DNA of 64,000 nt from Eledone cirrhosa (Eukaryota). Below the pieces are notes generated by a model. The model did no database searches. It was not told the DNA's origin and worked only from the letters and a program-made list of their open reading frames with translations. Where the stretch lies: positions 327,856,001-327,920,000 of the forward strand of contig OZ024741.1 in the NCBI GenBank assembly GCA_964016885.1, in the 5' to 3' direction. The position numbers and the translations under genes were made by a program. Shown piece after piece: positions 13,210 through 27,037 of the stretch (positions are counted from its first letter, which is position 1; each line of letters opens with the position of its first letter).

Positions 13210-13215
13210 CATATA

Positions 13216-13262
<47 letters not shown>

Positions 13263-13275
13263 AGTATATGTTGGT

Positions 13276-13311
<36 letters not shown>

Positions 13312-13363
13312 TATATACATATATATATATATACATATATAAATATGTATATATATATATATT

Positions 13364-13437
<74 letters not shown>

Positions 13438-14574
13438 TGTGTGTATATATATATATGAAGAACTTTCTCTTAACTTTTTCTGAACACCAAATGTTTACAT
13501 TAGACGCTATCAATAGAAACCATTGGAAAACAATCTCATCAAACATTGCAAACATGGTCATGTTACATATTTATCCGTGATCAAACATGACATGGCTTCC
13601 GCAAACACGTTAACAGAGGGTTCTCTGCTTCTTTCAGCTCTGCAAAGATTGGAGATTATGTATAATATTTCTCTTGGCCATAATCCCACATTTAACATAA
13701 ATATAACTAATCTCCAGGCGGATTATTTTTCAATCGGAATTACATTACATGCCCAATTTTTCCCAATGACCTGCTCTTTGGAAGTGTTGATAGAGTGAAT
13801 GAAAGGAAAAATTCAACACAAAAAAATGGAAAGCATAGCGAATATCTGAAATCTATTGATATCACTCAGAAGGCTAGAGTGTTATCAAATATTTGAACTT
13901 TTATTGCCGCTTTTGATAAATTGCTTAACCCTTCCCATATTAAACAAACTGAAACCCCCTCTGCTTGTATACTGTACGGCTGTATATTTGAGAATATTTA
14001 TATTTATCGAACAAAAATTCTTCTATCATATTTTTATACAAAAAAGAAATTAAGTCATGTACCATCACAAGTATGAAATTGAAAGATTTGTTCTGTTACT
14101 AAATTAATATATTCGTGATGTTTTCAAACTTATTTCAAACCCGTAGTGCCTTTTATTATATATGGTAACGAAAAAGTTACTGTTTATATTTATCTAAAAA
14201 CTTTCCATTATAAATTACTATTATTTTCTGTATTATTTGAAAATTATAGGTAGTGTTTTTAATTAAATATATTGTAACGGAAAGAATAAAATATTCATGT
14301 TATCTATGAACATTACATCATAATCTTATGAAAGAAACTTTGTGATATTATGCTCCAAACACAAGCTTAATTATGAGAAATGTTGTTGTTAGTTAACCTG
14401 ATATTCATAATCAGTGTCTTTGGTTAGATATACGCCAACGAAAAATTGAAAGTCCTTATATTTGTTTTTAAACATTGCATCATAGTTTTATTTAACAAAC
14501 TTTATGTTCAAACATCAGGTTACTATTGCAAAATTAATACTAAATCCCTCCAACTTCAATATTTTCCAGATTAA

Positions 14575-14850
14575 TTATTTATTTTACAAATCTATTTATA
14601 CAAAAACAAACTTCAATATTAAAGGAAAAATGAAATGAAAAGAATAAAAAGAAAAATGAATCAAACACCGAAAGAAAGGGAAGGTGGGGACAGATACTAC
14701 ACTCTAGTCCGAGCCGTACTTCAGCTGCGCCCGGAGGACAAAATGGCAAATACATTACCACGGAGAATGTCCAGCCACATACGCTGCAACAGCTACTTGA
14801 CCTCACAAGGTTCCTTCCTCAAGCGGGCCACCATCTTTCCGAAATTTTAA
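14575..14850 (-). mobile_element. Probable LINE 3' end
   Basis: Minus strand reads KISERWWPA* followed by a T-rich UTR and AATAAA; homologous fragment at about 43575-43740. Confidence 0.35.
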
Positions 14851-15077
14851 AGTGCCTGTGTTTGCCTTTAAAATTATGTTCAACATCATCTCTAAATCCT
14901 AAGAAGTGTTGTTCAGTAAAAATGTATTTACAAGTCTTTTCCGACATTAAGCTCAACTGTCGCTATTGAGTGTCTTTTTTATTCATTAACCGTTGACTTA
15001 ATTATCATGTTTGAAGTGTCGCAGCATCCACTCTCCTAAGGTAATGTGTTATTACTGCTGTTGTTGCTAATGAAAAC

Positions 15078-15254
15078 GGCGATGGATTGGCAGTATCGGT
15101 AGGGCTTCGGACAAAATTGTTTGCGGCATTCAGTTACATCCCTTTACATTCTGAATTCAAATCACGCCAAGGTTAATTTGTACTTCGTCCTTAGTGGTTC
15201 AATACAATAAAATATTAAATGACTGCCCTTGTGCCAAAAGCAAATACAATTATT
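15078..15254 (+). mobile_element. Degenerate tRNA-derived SINE (family 1)
   Basis: A-box TGGCAGTATCGG, B-box-like GAATTCAAATC, tail CCTTGTGCC…CAATTATT. Confidence 0.7.
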
Positions 15255-15814
15255 ACAAATGACCCGGCTGACTGACATAGGTGAGAAATAAAGAAAAACA
15301 ACGCATAATGATTCCTTTTGTAACTGAATATCTTCAGTTGTATTAGCATTGTTTGATAGTGTTTGAAGCCATATTTTCGAGCGCAGACGGTTTAATGATG
15401 TTTCTATGTTCATGACATTTTTCATCCGCACCTATCTGCTGGGACTATGAAGCAACATATATCTTATATCTTGCAGCGAGGGACATGAGTGGATATAATA
15501 TATGGTTAAGACATTTTATCAAACTATTCTTTCATTTGTTTTATAATTTATTGCTGCTACATCATTTAAATATATAAACTCTAAAACTTCGATTACATTA
15601 CAACAAAATGTCATACTGGTCATATTTAAGACCTACACGAATCTAAGAAAATCATATTTATCATTTGTTATTTGTAAAGCTAGATCACTATAAAATTATA
15701 AATGATCACTAAATCTTTACATATCCCCCCTTCTTTCTCTCATTATCTATCACTCTCTGTCACTCAACCCCCCCCCCTCTCTCTCTCTTTCTATATATAT
15801 ATCAATCTAGGGCG

Positions 15815-17760
15815 GAAAAAATTCCATATATATATATTCATCTTGGAAAACAATTTCTTCGAATTCAATGCCAAATACTACAGACAGAAATCTGGGACTG
15901 CCATGGGTACGAAAGTAACCCGTCATATGCCAACCTTGTCGTGGGATATTTGGAAACCACTATCTACCGCAAAGTTCTAGACACAATACGGCAACCACTT
16001 CTACCAACACATAGAAAAGAACTGGAAGAGATATCTGGACGACTGCTTCATCCTCTGGCATGAAAGTATATATAAACTGATTGAGTTTAAAACCCTTCTG
16101 AATGGGCTCAACACAAACTTACAATTCACAATGGATTACAGCCATGAACAACTCCCTGTCTTCGACATCCTCATCAGGAAAACAAGCAACAAAATAGAAA
16201 CAGACATATACTACAAACCCACAGACTCCAAACAATACCTTCCATTCAACTCGTGCTAACCTAGACACACCAAAATGGCAATTCCTTATAACCTACCCAG
16301 AAGGATCTGCACAATAGTTTCAGATAAATACACATGCTACACACGACTAGAAGAATTAAAAAACATATTTATCAGCAGAAACTACCCACCATCCCTAATC
16401 AACAATGGATTCCAACGTGCGCTAAAACTCGACATCCAGGAACTCAGGCACCCCAAACCCAGGAATGAACTGTAACAGAAAACTCTACCATACATCTCCA
16501 CACACAACCCCTTCAACAATGAGGCATTCGACACCATCCTCCAGAACATTCCTTTACTAAAAAGAGACCCAAGAATGAACAAAATCCTCCAAACACACAT
16601 CATAAAGAGCAAAAGACAACGTAAATCCATAAAAAAACATCCTCACACAAGCCAAAATCCAACAAACCCTCACAATGAACCCTACAGTAAGACAATGGGG
16701 AAGGCCCAACTGTGGCATATGCATAAATCTAATAGAAGGTTAAATATTCCATTTTAAACAAGGACAACCTTTCACAGTTAAACACAACTTTACATGTGCA
16801 TCTGAAAACCTAATCTATGTTTTAACCTGCACAGGTTGTCAAGAGCACTACATAGGACAGACAAAAAACACCCTCCAACAACGTATGACCGTCCATGAAT
16901 CACAAATCAAAATACAGGAATACAGAAATATTGCGTGTAGTGAACATATCGCCAATTGTGCACCCAACCAATATCCAAACTTTAAAATTTTTCCCAATTT
17001 ACAAATTCATAGACAACGCTATTTCATCCATCGTACCAATAAGGAAACGTATTTCATTAACAAATTCCAACCTCTACTTAATACATTAAACTTCGGACTA
17101 AACTAAAACTGGAACAAACAATCAAACATTTACAAATACCTACGTCTCTCTAAAGAGTTACCTGCCTCACACCCTACCTAATCCTTTTTCTTAAATAACT
17201 TAAATATCACCCAGCATGAATTACCTCCCCTTGCATATTAACTCTCTAAAAAGGGAAATGATATCAAACCCCAGTCCACCATGGACTCTATCATGGATCA
17301 ACTAAGCACTCTTGCTATATTAACACATTTTGATCTGCTTATCTTCAAGAACTATGTCTGTGTATAACATTATATTTTCTTTCACATTGTCTTATTATGT
17401 TCCAGATTACGATCCTTTTTTCTTTTTTCTTTTCACTTCATAAACCTTGTTTGTAAATAACATTATTCGTTCTGCACCATTTCTTTAACAGGTCCAACAC
17501 CACCATTCTACACCAATACATATTATTATCATTTGATAATGCATAAAAATGCTTAAACCGGTAATAGACAATTATTAAATATATAAATAAATAGATAAAT
17601 GCCATTGTTAATTCATAAATAAATCAACTAATACCTTACACTTCACACTAAGTAAAATATTTCGTTTTACTCATTTTCTAACCCAGAAAAATGAGAGAAA
17701 AAAATTAAAAGGGAAAAATAAATTTTTTTGTTCCTAATAATCGTCTTTTTTTCCGTTTCC
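15815..17760 (+). mobile_element. Neptune-like PLE, 5'-truncated and decayed (RT + GIY-YIG + 3' UTR)
   Basis: ILENNFFEFNAKYYRQKSGTAMGT, RYLDDCF, TDIYYKPTDSKQYL, AIPYNLPRRICTIV, linker GRPNCGIC, NLIYVLTCTGCQEHYIGQT, CSEHIANC; stops and frameshifts; degenerate U3-A8 HHR near 17529-17568. Confidence 0.9.
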
Positions 17761-17804
<44 letters not shown>

Positions 17805-18421
17805 TAGTAAAAAGGAAAAGAAAATGCCGACAAATTTTTCCTAGTGAAAAATAGTTTAATTAGGAATAAGTATAAATTAGTAATAAGTATTAGTTAGTAT
17901 ACAGTTTTAATTTTAAGTTTTTACCGGTTGCGCATTTCTAATGCTTTTCAAAAATAAGTTTGAGATAGAGCGCTCGTGATGTTTGCTCTAATCTGATCAG
18001 TTTTGGAAATCCTTCATGTTTTATGTGAAAAAGGTAGCTCCAGAGGTATTAAGATTTGGTTGCTGGCTGAATATCACGTGTATAAGCACTATAAATTTCG
18101 CGCCAATTCGTGTTGCTAAAATTCTTGTAGTCAAAACAATTTTGATTGGTCGGTAGAAGTCACGTGAATGTTAAAATAGATTTTAGCGTGAACTGATTTC
18201 GCGCCATATGTAGGTTTGTCGAAGAATGTCCTTTGCCGATTGATTGAGTTGCAGTCACTGACAAAATATGTCTATTAAGACAACTATATATATGTGTGTA
18301 TGTATGTGTGTGTGTAGTAAAGTGGATCATTATTGTGCTAATGGTCAGTAGGGATGTGTGTGTACGTGCGTGAATTGCAGCCATGTTGAAAGGTTAACAT
18401 TTCAGGTCTCTATTAAGACAA

Positions 18422-18457
<36 letters not shown>

Positions 18458-20128
18458 CAGAGTGTTTCTCTGTTGTGATGATGGGAATGAATCGGTCAGT
18501 AGGAATGTGTGTGTAAGTGTTTGTGTGTGTGGGGGGGGGGTTACTTTAACATGTTGAAACATATTCTTCCACACACAACACCCTCATCAATGAGGCCTTT
18601 GACACCATCATCCAGAACATCCCTGTGTTAAAAAGGACAAGAGAATGAACCAAATCCTTCGAACACACGATATCATGAAGAGCAAAAGACAATCTAATTC
18701 AATGAAAAACATTCTAACACATGCAAAAGTACTGCCAACCACAACAACGAAACCCACAGTAAAAAATGCGATAGACCCAACTGTGGCATATGTATCAACC
18801 CAATACAGGGTTCGGATTTCTATTTCAAACAAGGACAACATTTTATAGTAAAACACAATTTCACAGGCGCATCAGAAAACCAAATATATGTATTAATTGC
18901 TCAGGTTGTCGAGAACAATACATAGCCCAGACAACAACAGCCCCCGCCAATGCATTACTGTCCATAGATCCCAAATCAATATACGGGAATACAGAAAAAT
19001 ATCACTGAGTGAACACATTGATACCTGTGCCGCCCAAAACCATCCCAACTTTAGAATCTTTCCCCTCTACGAATTTAAAGATAATGCCAACCACTCCCAG
19101 CGCATCCACAAGGAATCTCACTTTATTAACAAATACGTCTAAACACTTCTCCCTTAGCCTAACCCACAACATACACACGTCAACATATATACCTACATCA
19201 GCATACATCCTACATACATTTCTATCCACAAATAAACACAACGACATGCGTAAACACACATGCCCTATGGTGCAACACAAAGATACACAAATTCGCACAC
19301 CTTTTGATGTTTATAGATATACACGTGCCGACACGCACACATACACACACGCACATATGTATTGCACATTGATGGGCACAAACATATTTGTACACAAGTA
19401 TCCCATATGGCAGGGCCTAATGGATTCCCCTTGCATTACGTACAATCTGTACACACACACACACCTTGGTGTTATGACAATACTATACATCATTTCACCT
19501 CTTTTATTATTGATGTTATTGATGCTCTTTTGAGAGAATCGTTTTTGCAAATGACTGAAAATATCGAATAATGTACGCCATTTTTACCAGTACCACACAA
19601 ATAATGGTCCATCCACACGCACACATACACACACACACACACACACATAAACACGCGTACACTAACATACAGAGAGACATACACACACACACACACACAC
19701 AACATATTTGTCTTAATAGACACCTGAACTGTTGACCTGTCAACAAGACTGCAAATCAATCAAGCGGAAAAGGACATTCTTCGACAAACCTACATTTGGC
19801 GCGAAACAAGTTCGCGCTAAAATCTATTTTAACATTCACGTGACTTCTACCGACCAATCAAAATTGTTTTGACTACAAGAATATTTGCAATACGAATTGG
19901 CGCGAAATTTATAGTGCTTATTCACGTGACATTCAACAACCAACCAAATCTTAATACCTCTGGAGCCACTCTTTTCACATGAAACATGAAGAATTGCCAA
20001 AACTGATCAGATTAGAGCAAAAATCACCAGCGCTCTATCTCTTATTACTAATTTGTACTTATTCCTAATTAAACTATTTTTCACTGGGAAACATTTGTCT
20101 GCATTTTCTTTTCCTTTTTACTAATATA
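17805..20128 (+). mobile_element. PLE GIY-YIG fragment (about 18560-19142) bracketed by inverted pLTR arms
   Basis: IYVLxCSGCREQYIAQT…HRSQINIREYRKISLSEHIDTC…KESHFINKY; 17805-18430 is the reverse complement of about 19700-20128. Confidence 0.85.
17915..17958 (-). ncRNA. Degenerate HHR, U3-A8 variant
   Basis: Reverse complement: TTGAAAA-GCATT(AGA)AATGC-GCAAC-CG-GTA; GAAA is mutated to GCAA. Confidence 0.45.
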
Positions 20129-20379
20129 TCACAACACGTGTGTCACACCTCTACTTTTTAAATATATATATATATATGTATGTAAATATATATTATATAC
20201 ACACACACACATTATATATATATATAAGAGATTCTGAGCTCGGACATCGGGCTATGACTTTCTAGTATATTTACACTCTATTATCCAATGTATGCAATAC
20301 TACGTTGAATAAGCATCGTACTTGATTAACATTGATATCATCCTGATCTATTTATCTGTCACTCTCTCTCTCTCTGTAT

Positions 20380-20702
<323 letters not shown>

Positions 20703-21434
20703 ACCGGTTACCGGTATGTATGACAAAAGGCTCAATGCAAATTATCAAGTGTTTAACAGAGCCGAGATACAAAGAGTTAAAATAATCAAATCTTAGTTTA
20801 ATACATTATATGCTGGCAATTGTTTCTTCCAGGGGGAAGTCTGGAATCATCTGAGCATAGGGAATGTCTAAACATGTGATTAAAATCCTAGTCATTTAGA
20901 ACATGTAGGAAGATACATAAGTGTTGTTAGTGTCATAGACATCATGTAGAGAATCACGAGTTAAAAAGATGTTATGCTTGAGAGAACACAATTACAAGGA
21001 GCACAGGTTGAAAGTGAAGAGGTACAAGCAAAAAGTACAGACAAAAAAAAGTTACAAGCAACGAAAAATGTAAGATAGGATAGATATAAGATATAAGATA
21101 TCATAGCACTGTAGATCAGGTAATGTTAGTGGTATACAATGCAGGAGTCAATACAATCAATAAGGCATGTCTGAGGAAATAGTTATATATATATATATGT
21201 ATGTGTGCATGTGTGTGTGTCAGTATGTGTGCACAAACTGACACACACACATACATATATATATATGTATATATAAACATATATATATATAAATACCAAA
21301 GATTAATATGGTTCATTGATTACTCAATGAATACAATTTTACAATAGATTAAAAGCGCTCAACAAAGAAATATTCCTTGCGTTTTAATATTATTCAAAAT
21401 ATTAACAAATGAAGAAAATTCACATACTCAAAAA

Positions 21435-21508
21435 ATATGCTTTATTATATATATTTCGAAGGTACTGTGTTGTTTTTTTCCAGTACGTCCTCGTCAGATA
21501 AAATATAT
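21435..21508 (-). ncRNA. Type I hammerhead ribozyme
   Basis: Reverse complement: TTTTAT-CTGACGA-GGACGTACTG…CAGTACCTTC-GAAA-TATATA-TA-ATAAAG. Confidence 0.8.
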
Positions 21509-21622
21509 GATTTGATTTATGACATACCTCTACGGTCTTGATATTTCAATTCCTGTATTGGCAGTACTGCAAATACTGGAATTGAAATATCAAGGCCGTA
21601 GAGTTATGTCATATATCAAATC

Positions 21623-21697
21623 ATATATTTTATCTGACGAGGACGTACTGGAAAGAAAACAACACAGTACATTCGAAATATATATAATAAAACATAT
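21623..21697 (+). ncRNA. Type I hammerhead ribozyme
   Basis: TTTTAT-CTGACGA-GGA C GTACTG…CAGTAC A TTC-GAAA-TATATA-TA-ATAAAA. Confidence 0.8.
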
Positions 21698-21734
21698 TTT
21701 AAGTATGTGAATATCTTTATTTGTTAATATTTTG

Positions 21735-21789
<55 letters not shown>

Positions 21790-22523
21790 TAGATAGATAG
21801 AGAGATATGAGTGTATGTATGTGTGCGCGCGCGCAGACACATGTATATATATATACTGTAGTACAAGTTTGGTAGAAATAGCCCAGGGGATGAGCACTCA
21901 GTCCAAAAGACTAGTTAAATGACATATAATGGTGGGTTATGCAACAGGCTGAATGAGTTAGTGTGTATAACCCTACGAAACCCACTTAATTACCTGTATA
22001 TGTCACATTTGTATCTAATCATATATATTATATATATATATATATACACACATATCCTACGATAACAGTTGTCAGATGATTTGAATATGAACAACCCTAA
22101 TTTATGAATATATTTAAATACCAATAGACGATAAACACTTTGGTAGGGCAAGATGCGTAAATTTACAAATTCTTGTGGAACTGCCCTTTAAATGTCACTG
22201 TTAAAATATTGAAAAATGACATTATTAAACTGATAAAAGGAATGAACTAAATTTTATTTTAACTCCTTGTGAACAGCATGATAAATTGTGTAGTATGTTA
22301 TGAATCATAATATGAATGATATGAATTTCCTGTTGGCTTTCTTGTTGTTTAGTCCTAGGTTAGGCTTACCATACTGAAGCAAGCTTATGTCCAAAAACAT
22401 TCATAAAGCTGGGTTTAAAAATCCCATAAGCAGGTGGCAGTAACTGACTGACTTTATAAGTTGTGGAAATTGCAGAGGAAGAGACCAATCGGCTGACAGA
22501 TATATATATATATATATATATAT

Positions 22524-22629
22524 ACATCAATCTATGTAAGACATAGAGTATACTAATGACTTTGGCATGTAAAACAAGCTGATACGAAGCAGATGTATGA
22601 AATTGACATGTAAAAGCTGTCATGGGATG

Positions 22630-22719
<90 letters not shown>

Positions 22720-22725
22720 CATCCC

Positions 22726-22792
<67 letters not shown>

Positions 22793-22897
22793 CATCCCAT
22801 GACAGCTTTTACATGTCAATTTCATACATCTGCTTCGTATCAGCTTGTTTTACATGCCAAAGTCATCAGTATACTCTATGTCTTACTTAGATTGATG
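22524..22897. repeat. Inverted about 110-bp arms around two (TA)n blocks
   Basis: 22524-22633 is the reverse complement of 22788-22897; an extra TAATACATCCCAT sits between the TA runs. Confidence 0.85.
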
Positions 22898-23023
22898 TTG
22901 TGATTATTTTAACTATTTACGGTCTAGCTAATTTATTGTTGGTATTGTTAGTATTGTTATTATTGTTCTGATTTAAAGTCACTACTATATATAGAAGCCA
23001 TGTGTATTCCCTTCATACTTGCA

Positions 23024-23131
23024 TGCTCTGATGAATTGACTGGTTATAACAAAGTATGGGTGATCCATTGACGCAATAACAGTCGGGTAGCGGTCTCTAG
23101 ACCTACCAGATCAGAGAAACAATTGTCAGCA
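23024..23131 (+). ncRNA. Type I HHR with an 81-nt branched stem II region
   Basis: TGCT-CTGATGA-[81 nt]-GAAAC-AATT-GTC-AGCA; internal pairings GACT..GTTAT/ATAAC..AGTC and GGTAG/CTACC. Confidence 0.6.
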
Positions 23132-23357
23132 ATGTGAATAAAGCCCTTATTGTATAGCAAACTATGTCACCCTTCTTTCTTGATTTATCGTTTCTCCAAG
23201 TGTAAACTACATAGAAATCACCGCGTACTCGCAGCATCACTATGGAAACATCTTGTTGAGTGAAACTTAGCCAAGCATTAATACTATCCACTACTCGGAG
23301 TACCCTACCTGGACTACATCTAAGTAGACTACCTGTAACAATATATTTTGTTTTCTC

Positions 23358-23411
<54 letters not shown>

Positions 23412-23490
23412 GAGGGGCTCATTCTACTGTCGTGGCTTTAAAAATTAGGGTTGTTTGCATAATTGCAGAAGAGTAGAGTATTATTATTTA

Positions 23491-23674
23491 TTGGCAGTAT
23501 CGGTAGAGAGTCGGACACCATGCTTTGAAGCATATAGTTACGTCGCGTGATGAACTGAGTTCAAATCCCGCCGAGGTTAACTTTGCCTTTCATCCTTAGG
23601 GGGTCGATAAAATAAAGTACCAGTAATACACTGGGATAATTGCTGGCCTTGTGCCTAAAATCGAAACAATTATT
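23491..23674 (+). mobile_element. tRNA-derived SINE (family 1)
   Basis: A-box TGGCAGTATCGG, B-box GAGTTCAAATCC, conserved central domain and tail. Confidence 0.85.
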
Positions 23675-23718
23675 AATATTAAAAAATCTCAGATTATACA
23701 GACAAACACACCCACACG

Positions 23719-23757
<39 letters not shown>

Positions 23758-24010
23758 TTATTTTGCTCTACGATTCTTATATATTTGATATATACTTTCC
23801 TTATCGAGCCCTCTATGGATTTTAGTCTTCAATTTTATTATTATTACTATATATATATACATATATATTTATATATGCAGAGGTTATATTTAATTTGTTG
23901 GGATTCAACAAGGTTAAACATTTTTATAACTTATATAAAGCACTCAACAGTTTAGTGGAGTAAATATACAATATATTAATAAATGGAAACTATATTTATG
24001 AAACCATAAT

Positions 24011-24071
24011 TATTTTATTATATATATTTCAATGGTAACCGAGATAAATTATGCCTTCATCAGATAAAATA
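24011..24071 (-). ncRNA. Type I hammerhead ribozyme
   Basis: Reverse complement: TATTTTAT-CTGATGA-AGGCAT…CCATT-GAAA-TATATA-TA-ATAAAATA; stem II is imperfect. Confidence 0.7.
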
Positions 24072-24192
24072 CAGATTTGTTTTATAAATAAATATTGATA
24101 TTCCCGAAAAAAAAGACAACATCAAGGGTTGGAATTCGCTGGGGGGTTGTCTTTTTCCGAGTATGTCAATATTTATTTACAAAACAAATCTG

Positions 24193-24258
24193 TATTTTAT
24201 CTGATGAAAGAGCACCATAATTTACCTTGGCTGCCCTTGAAATATATATAATAAAATA
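24193..24258 (+). ncRNA. Type I hammerhead ribozyme
   Basis: TATTTTAT-CTGATGA-AAGAGCA…TGCCCTT-GAAA-TATATA-TA-ATAAAATA. Confidence 0.8.
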
Positions 24259-24327
24259 ATTATGGTTTTATGAATATAATTTCCATTTATTAATATATTG
24301 TATATTATTATATATACTGTATATTAA

Positions 24328-24718
24328 GGCGGTGGATTGGCAGTATCGTTCGAGAGTCGGACGCCATGCTTTCCAGCATAGTTACGTCCCTTTACGATCT
24401 GAGTTCAAATCCCGCTGAGGTAGACTTTGCCTTTCATCCTTACGGGGTCGATAAAATAAAGTACCAGTAATGCACATATACAGGGGAGAGACAGAGACAG
24501 AGGCAGTGACATTGAAAATTTGATTCCATTATGTTCGGATTGGCAGTATCGGTAGAGGGTCGGACGCCATGCTTTGAAGCATAGAGTTACAGCCCTTGCC
24601 ATTCTGTGTTCAAATCCCGCCCAGATTAACTTTGCCTTTCATCCTTGCGCGGTCGATAAAATAAAGTGCCAATAATGCACTGGGATAATTGCTGCCCTTG
24701 TGCCAAAAGTAAAAACAA
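24328..24718 (+). mobile_element. Two adjacent family-1 SINEs (24328-24475 and 24537-24718)
   Basis: Each has A/B boxes and the GCCTTTCATCCTT…GTCGATAAAATAAAGT domain. Confidence 0.85.
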
Positions 24719-25017
24719 GTATGTTCAGACCTAATATATATATGTATATACTTATATGAAAAAAATATAAATATATATATATTATACAGTCGACATTGTT
24801 AAGAAAGCAATGCAAGGAAACCAAACTGTGTATAAATATATTTATATATATATAACGAAAGAAATGTGATAAGGAACCAAATAGACCATAACGCACCAAA
24901 GTACTCAATACTTAGTGTAGTAGAGTGGGTAATAGGAACAAGTATGACCCCGACGGCATATGTCAAGCAGTTTCGACAGCTAATTCTGGACTCTAATAAT
25001 GTCCAGAATTAGCCGTC

Positions 25018-25058
<41 letters not shown>

Positions 25059-26744
25059 GAGATATAAAGAGAGAAAAAGATCAGGAGAAAAAGAGAGAGT
25101 TCGGAAGCGTCAACAGTATGTCTCAGGGTCATTGCTATGCTAAGCCTGAACTTGAGCGAGACAATGTGATAAGTATTCCGTGCTCTTTCGACCTGTTAAA
25201 ATTAGCTGTCAACACCTGCAATCATCATAACTCATGTTTGATAAGTGGAAGACGCATTATATAATTTAATACTAAAGATTTATCTTGTCTGAAAAACAGA
25301 TCATCATTGGGGATTTATCATGACTGCCTGGAATTCATTTGAATATAGGTATGCTTGATCAGGTGGCGAATTGGCGGGCTATATTTCTTTCCGTTACCTA
25401 CCATGTGAGTTTATATCCCCGACGAGGTCAAACTTTGCATTCATTCCTTCTGATTTGAAAAAAATACTTTCCATTCGGGGAGAAATGGCAGAATTGTTAA
25501 TGTGTCGAGTGAGATGTTTGTGGAATCAAATTCTATCTCATTCGTCCATTAATTCCGACCGGCAAATAATACCAGTTATGTGAAGAATAATGAAAACATA
25601 TTCTGCTTCTTTTTATTTTCCTTTTTTTCAATCAGGGTTGACATGAAGTAAAGCAAAAATATTTCAGCGCATGAAATAATAGGAAATAATTGACACAAAT
25701 ATATACATATTTTTTCTTTAAAGTCCCGACTGTACATTTTCGCTGATCCGTATGCAACATTTGTAGATTAGAGATATGCACCATCGTTGTGAGGCCAATC
25801 AGCTTGTCAAAGAACTCTTCAGAGACAATGACTGTTCTCCAGACTTGTTTGCAGCAAGTGAGAAAATCTCTTTAGGCGGAGGGAGGAATTAACACGTGAT
25901 ACATCGGTCAGGAAAAATGACCGTTTCCCTTGTAGCAAGTTAAGATATCTCAGAAGACCGAGGGAGAAATTAATATATGACACAGAGGTCAGAAGTCGGT
26001 GGTAAGGTAGATAGAATGTGACTATCGTATTTGCTAGATTGTTTAATCTTTCAAGCATTTAATAACTGACGATTGTTTTATCCTAGGACAAGCCATGAAT
26101 TATCGGAGATAATAACAAAATTTCAACACAAATATAAGATCAAAACTTTGTCACAAGAACATGTGGAGGATTCATGATATGGGAGCTTAGATAAGCGCAA
26201 CCATTAACATTAATATGAGATAATTGTGGCGGAAAAATATGTAGAATAGAAGCAGATAAAGGCAGTAAAAAAATTAAAAAAACATTCGTTTACAGATAAA
26301 TGAAGTACAGTGAAAATCATATATTATAAATAGTTAAAAAAGTCAATATTGCATTTCAAAAATATTATTTTAAAAAGATTTTATGCACATGTAGCAAAGT
26401 AATGGATTACAGACAGGTGCAAGACTATAAGTTCGACTACATAATTCAGTCATAATGACATTTTTTTCCCAAAACGTCCAAAGGAGTTAATGTCATGTGG
26501 AGTAAATAAATACAACATTCAAGCATTCAAAGTGAAAAAAGTGAAAACTATCCAATATAGATAGAAGTATTATCAGTGAAGCACTCAAGACATATCGTCC
26601 TAGGCACCGCATAGTACAATAGAGGGTGCTAGGATGAAACGATCGTCAGTTATCAAATGTTTGAAAGATTAAACATTCTTTAATCATCATTTGCATTGTA
26701 TATATATATCATCATTTATCATCATTTGCATTGTATATATATTT

Positions 26745-26938
26745 GTTATATAACAAAGGAATTGTGGTAAGGAACCAGATGGACCATAACACACCAGAGT
26801 ACTTAATACTTAGGGTAGTAGAGTGGGAAATAGAACAAAGTATGACCCCGTAGGCAGAGCTCAAGCCGTTTCGACGGCTATCTCTGGCGTCCAGAAATGG
26901 CCGTCGAAACGGCTTGAGCTCTGCCGTCGGGGGCATAC
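26745..26938. repeat. Repeat ending in a GC-rich palindrome (GACGGCAGAGCTCAAGCCGTTTCGACGG family)
   Basis: Palindrome 26841-26938; other copies at 24860-25018, 30485-30530, 40755-40864 and 54370-54460 (flank only). Confidence 0.8.
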
Positions 26939-26948
26939 CCCCCCTCTC

Positions 26949-27037
<89 letters not shown>

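Larger units (their letters stand above)
21392..21737. mobile_element. Palindromic non-coding element with two divergent HHRs
   Basis: Fold-back centred near 21565; HHRs at 21435-21508 (-) and 21623-21697 (+); same family as 4560-4725. Confidence 0.85.
23880..24306. mobile_element. Palindromic pLTR-derived element with two divergent HHRs; relative of the pLTR of the 46727-50935 Naiad
   Basis: Fold-back 23963-24306; HHRs at 24011-24071 (-) and 24193-24258 (+); 23880-24100 is homologous to the reverse complement of about 50700-50935. Confidence 0.85.

Noticed and set aside
24328-24415. tRNA genes at A/B-box sites
   Set aside because: These are SINE heads with no full cloverleaf and continue into SINE body sequence.
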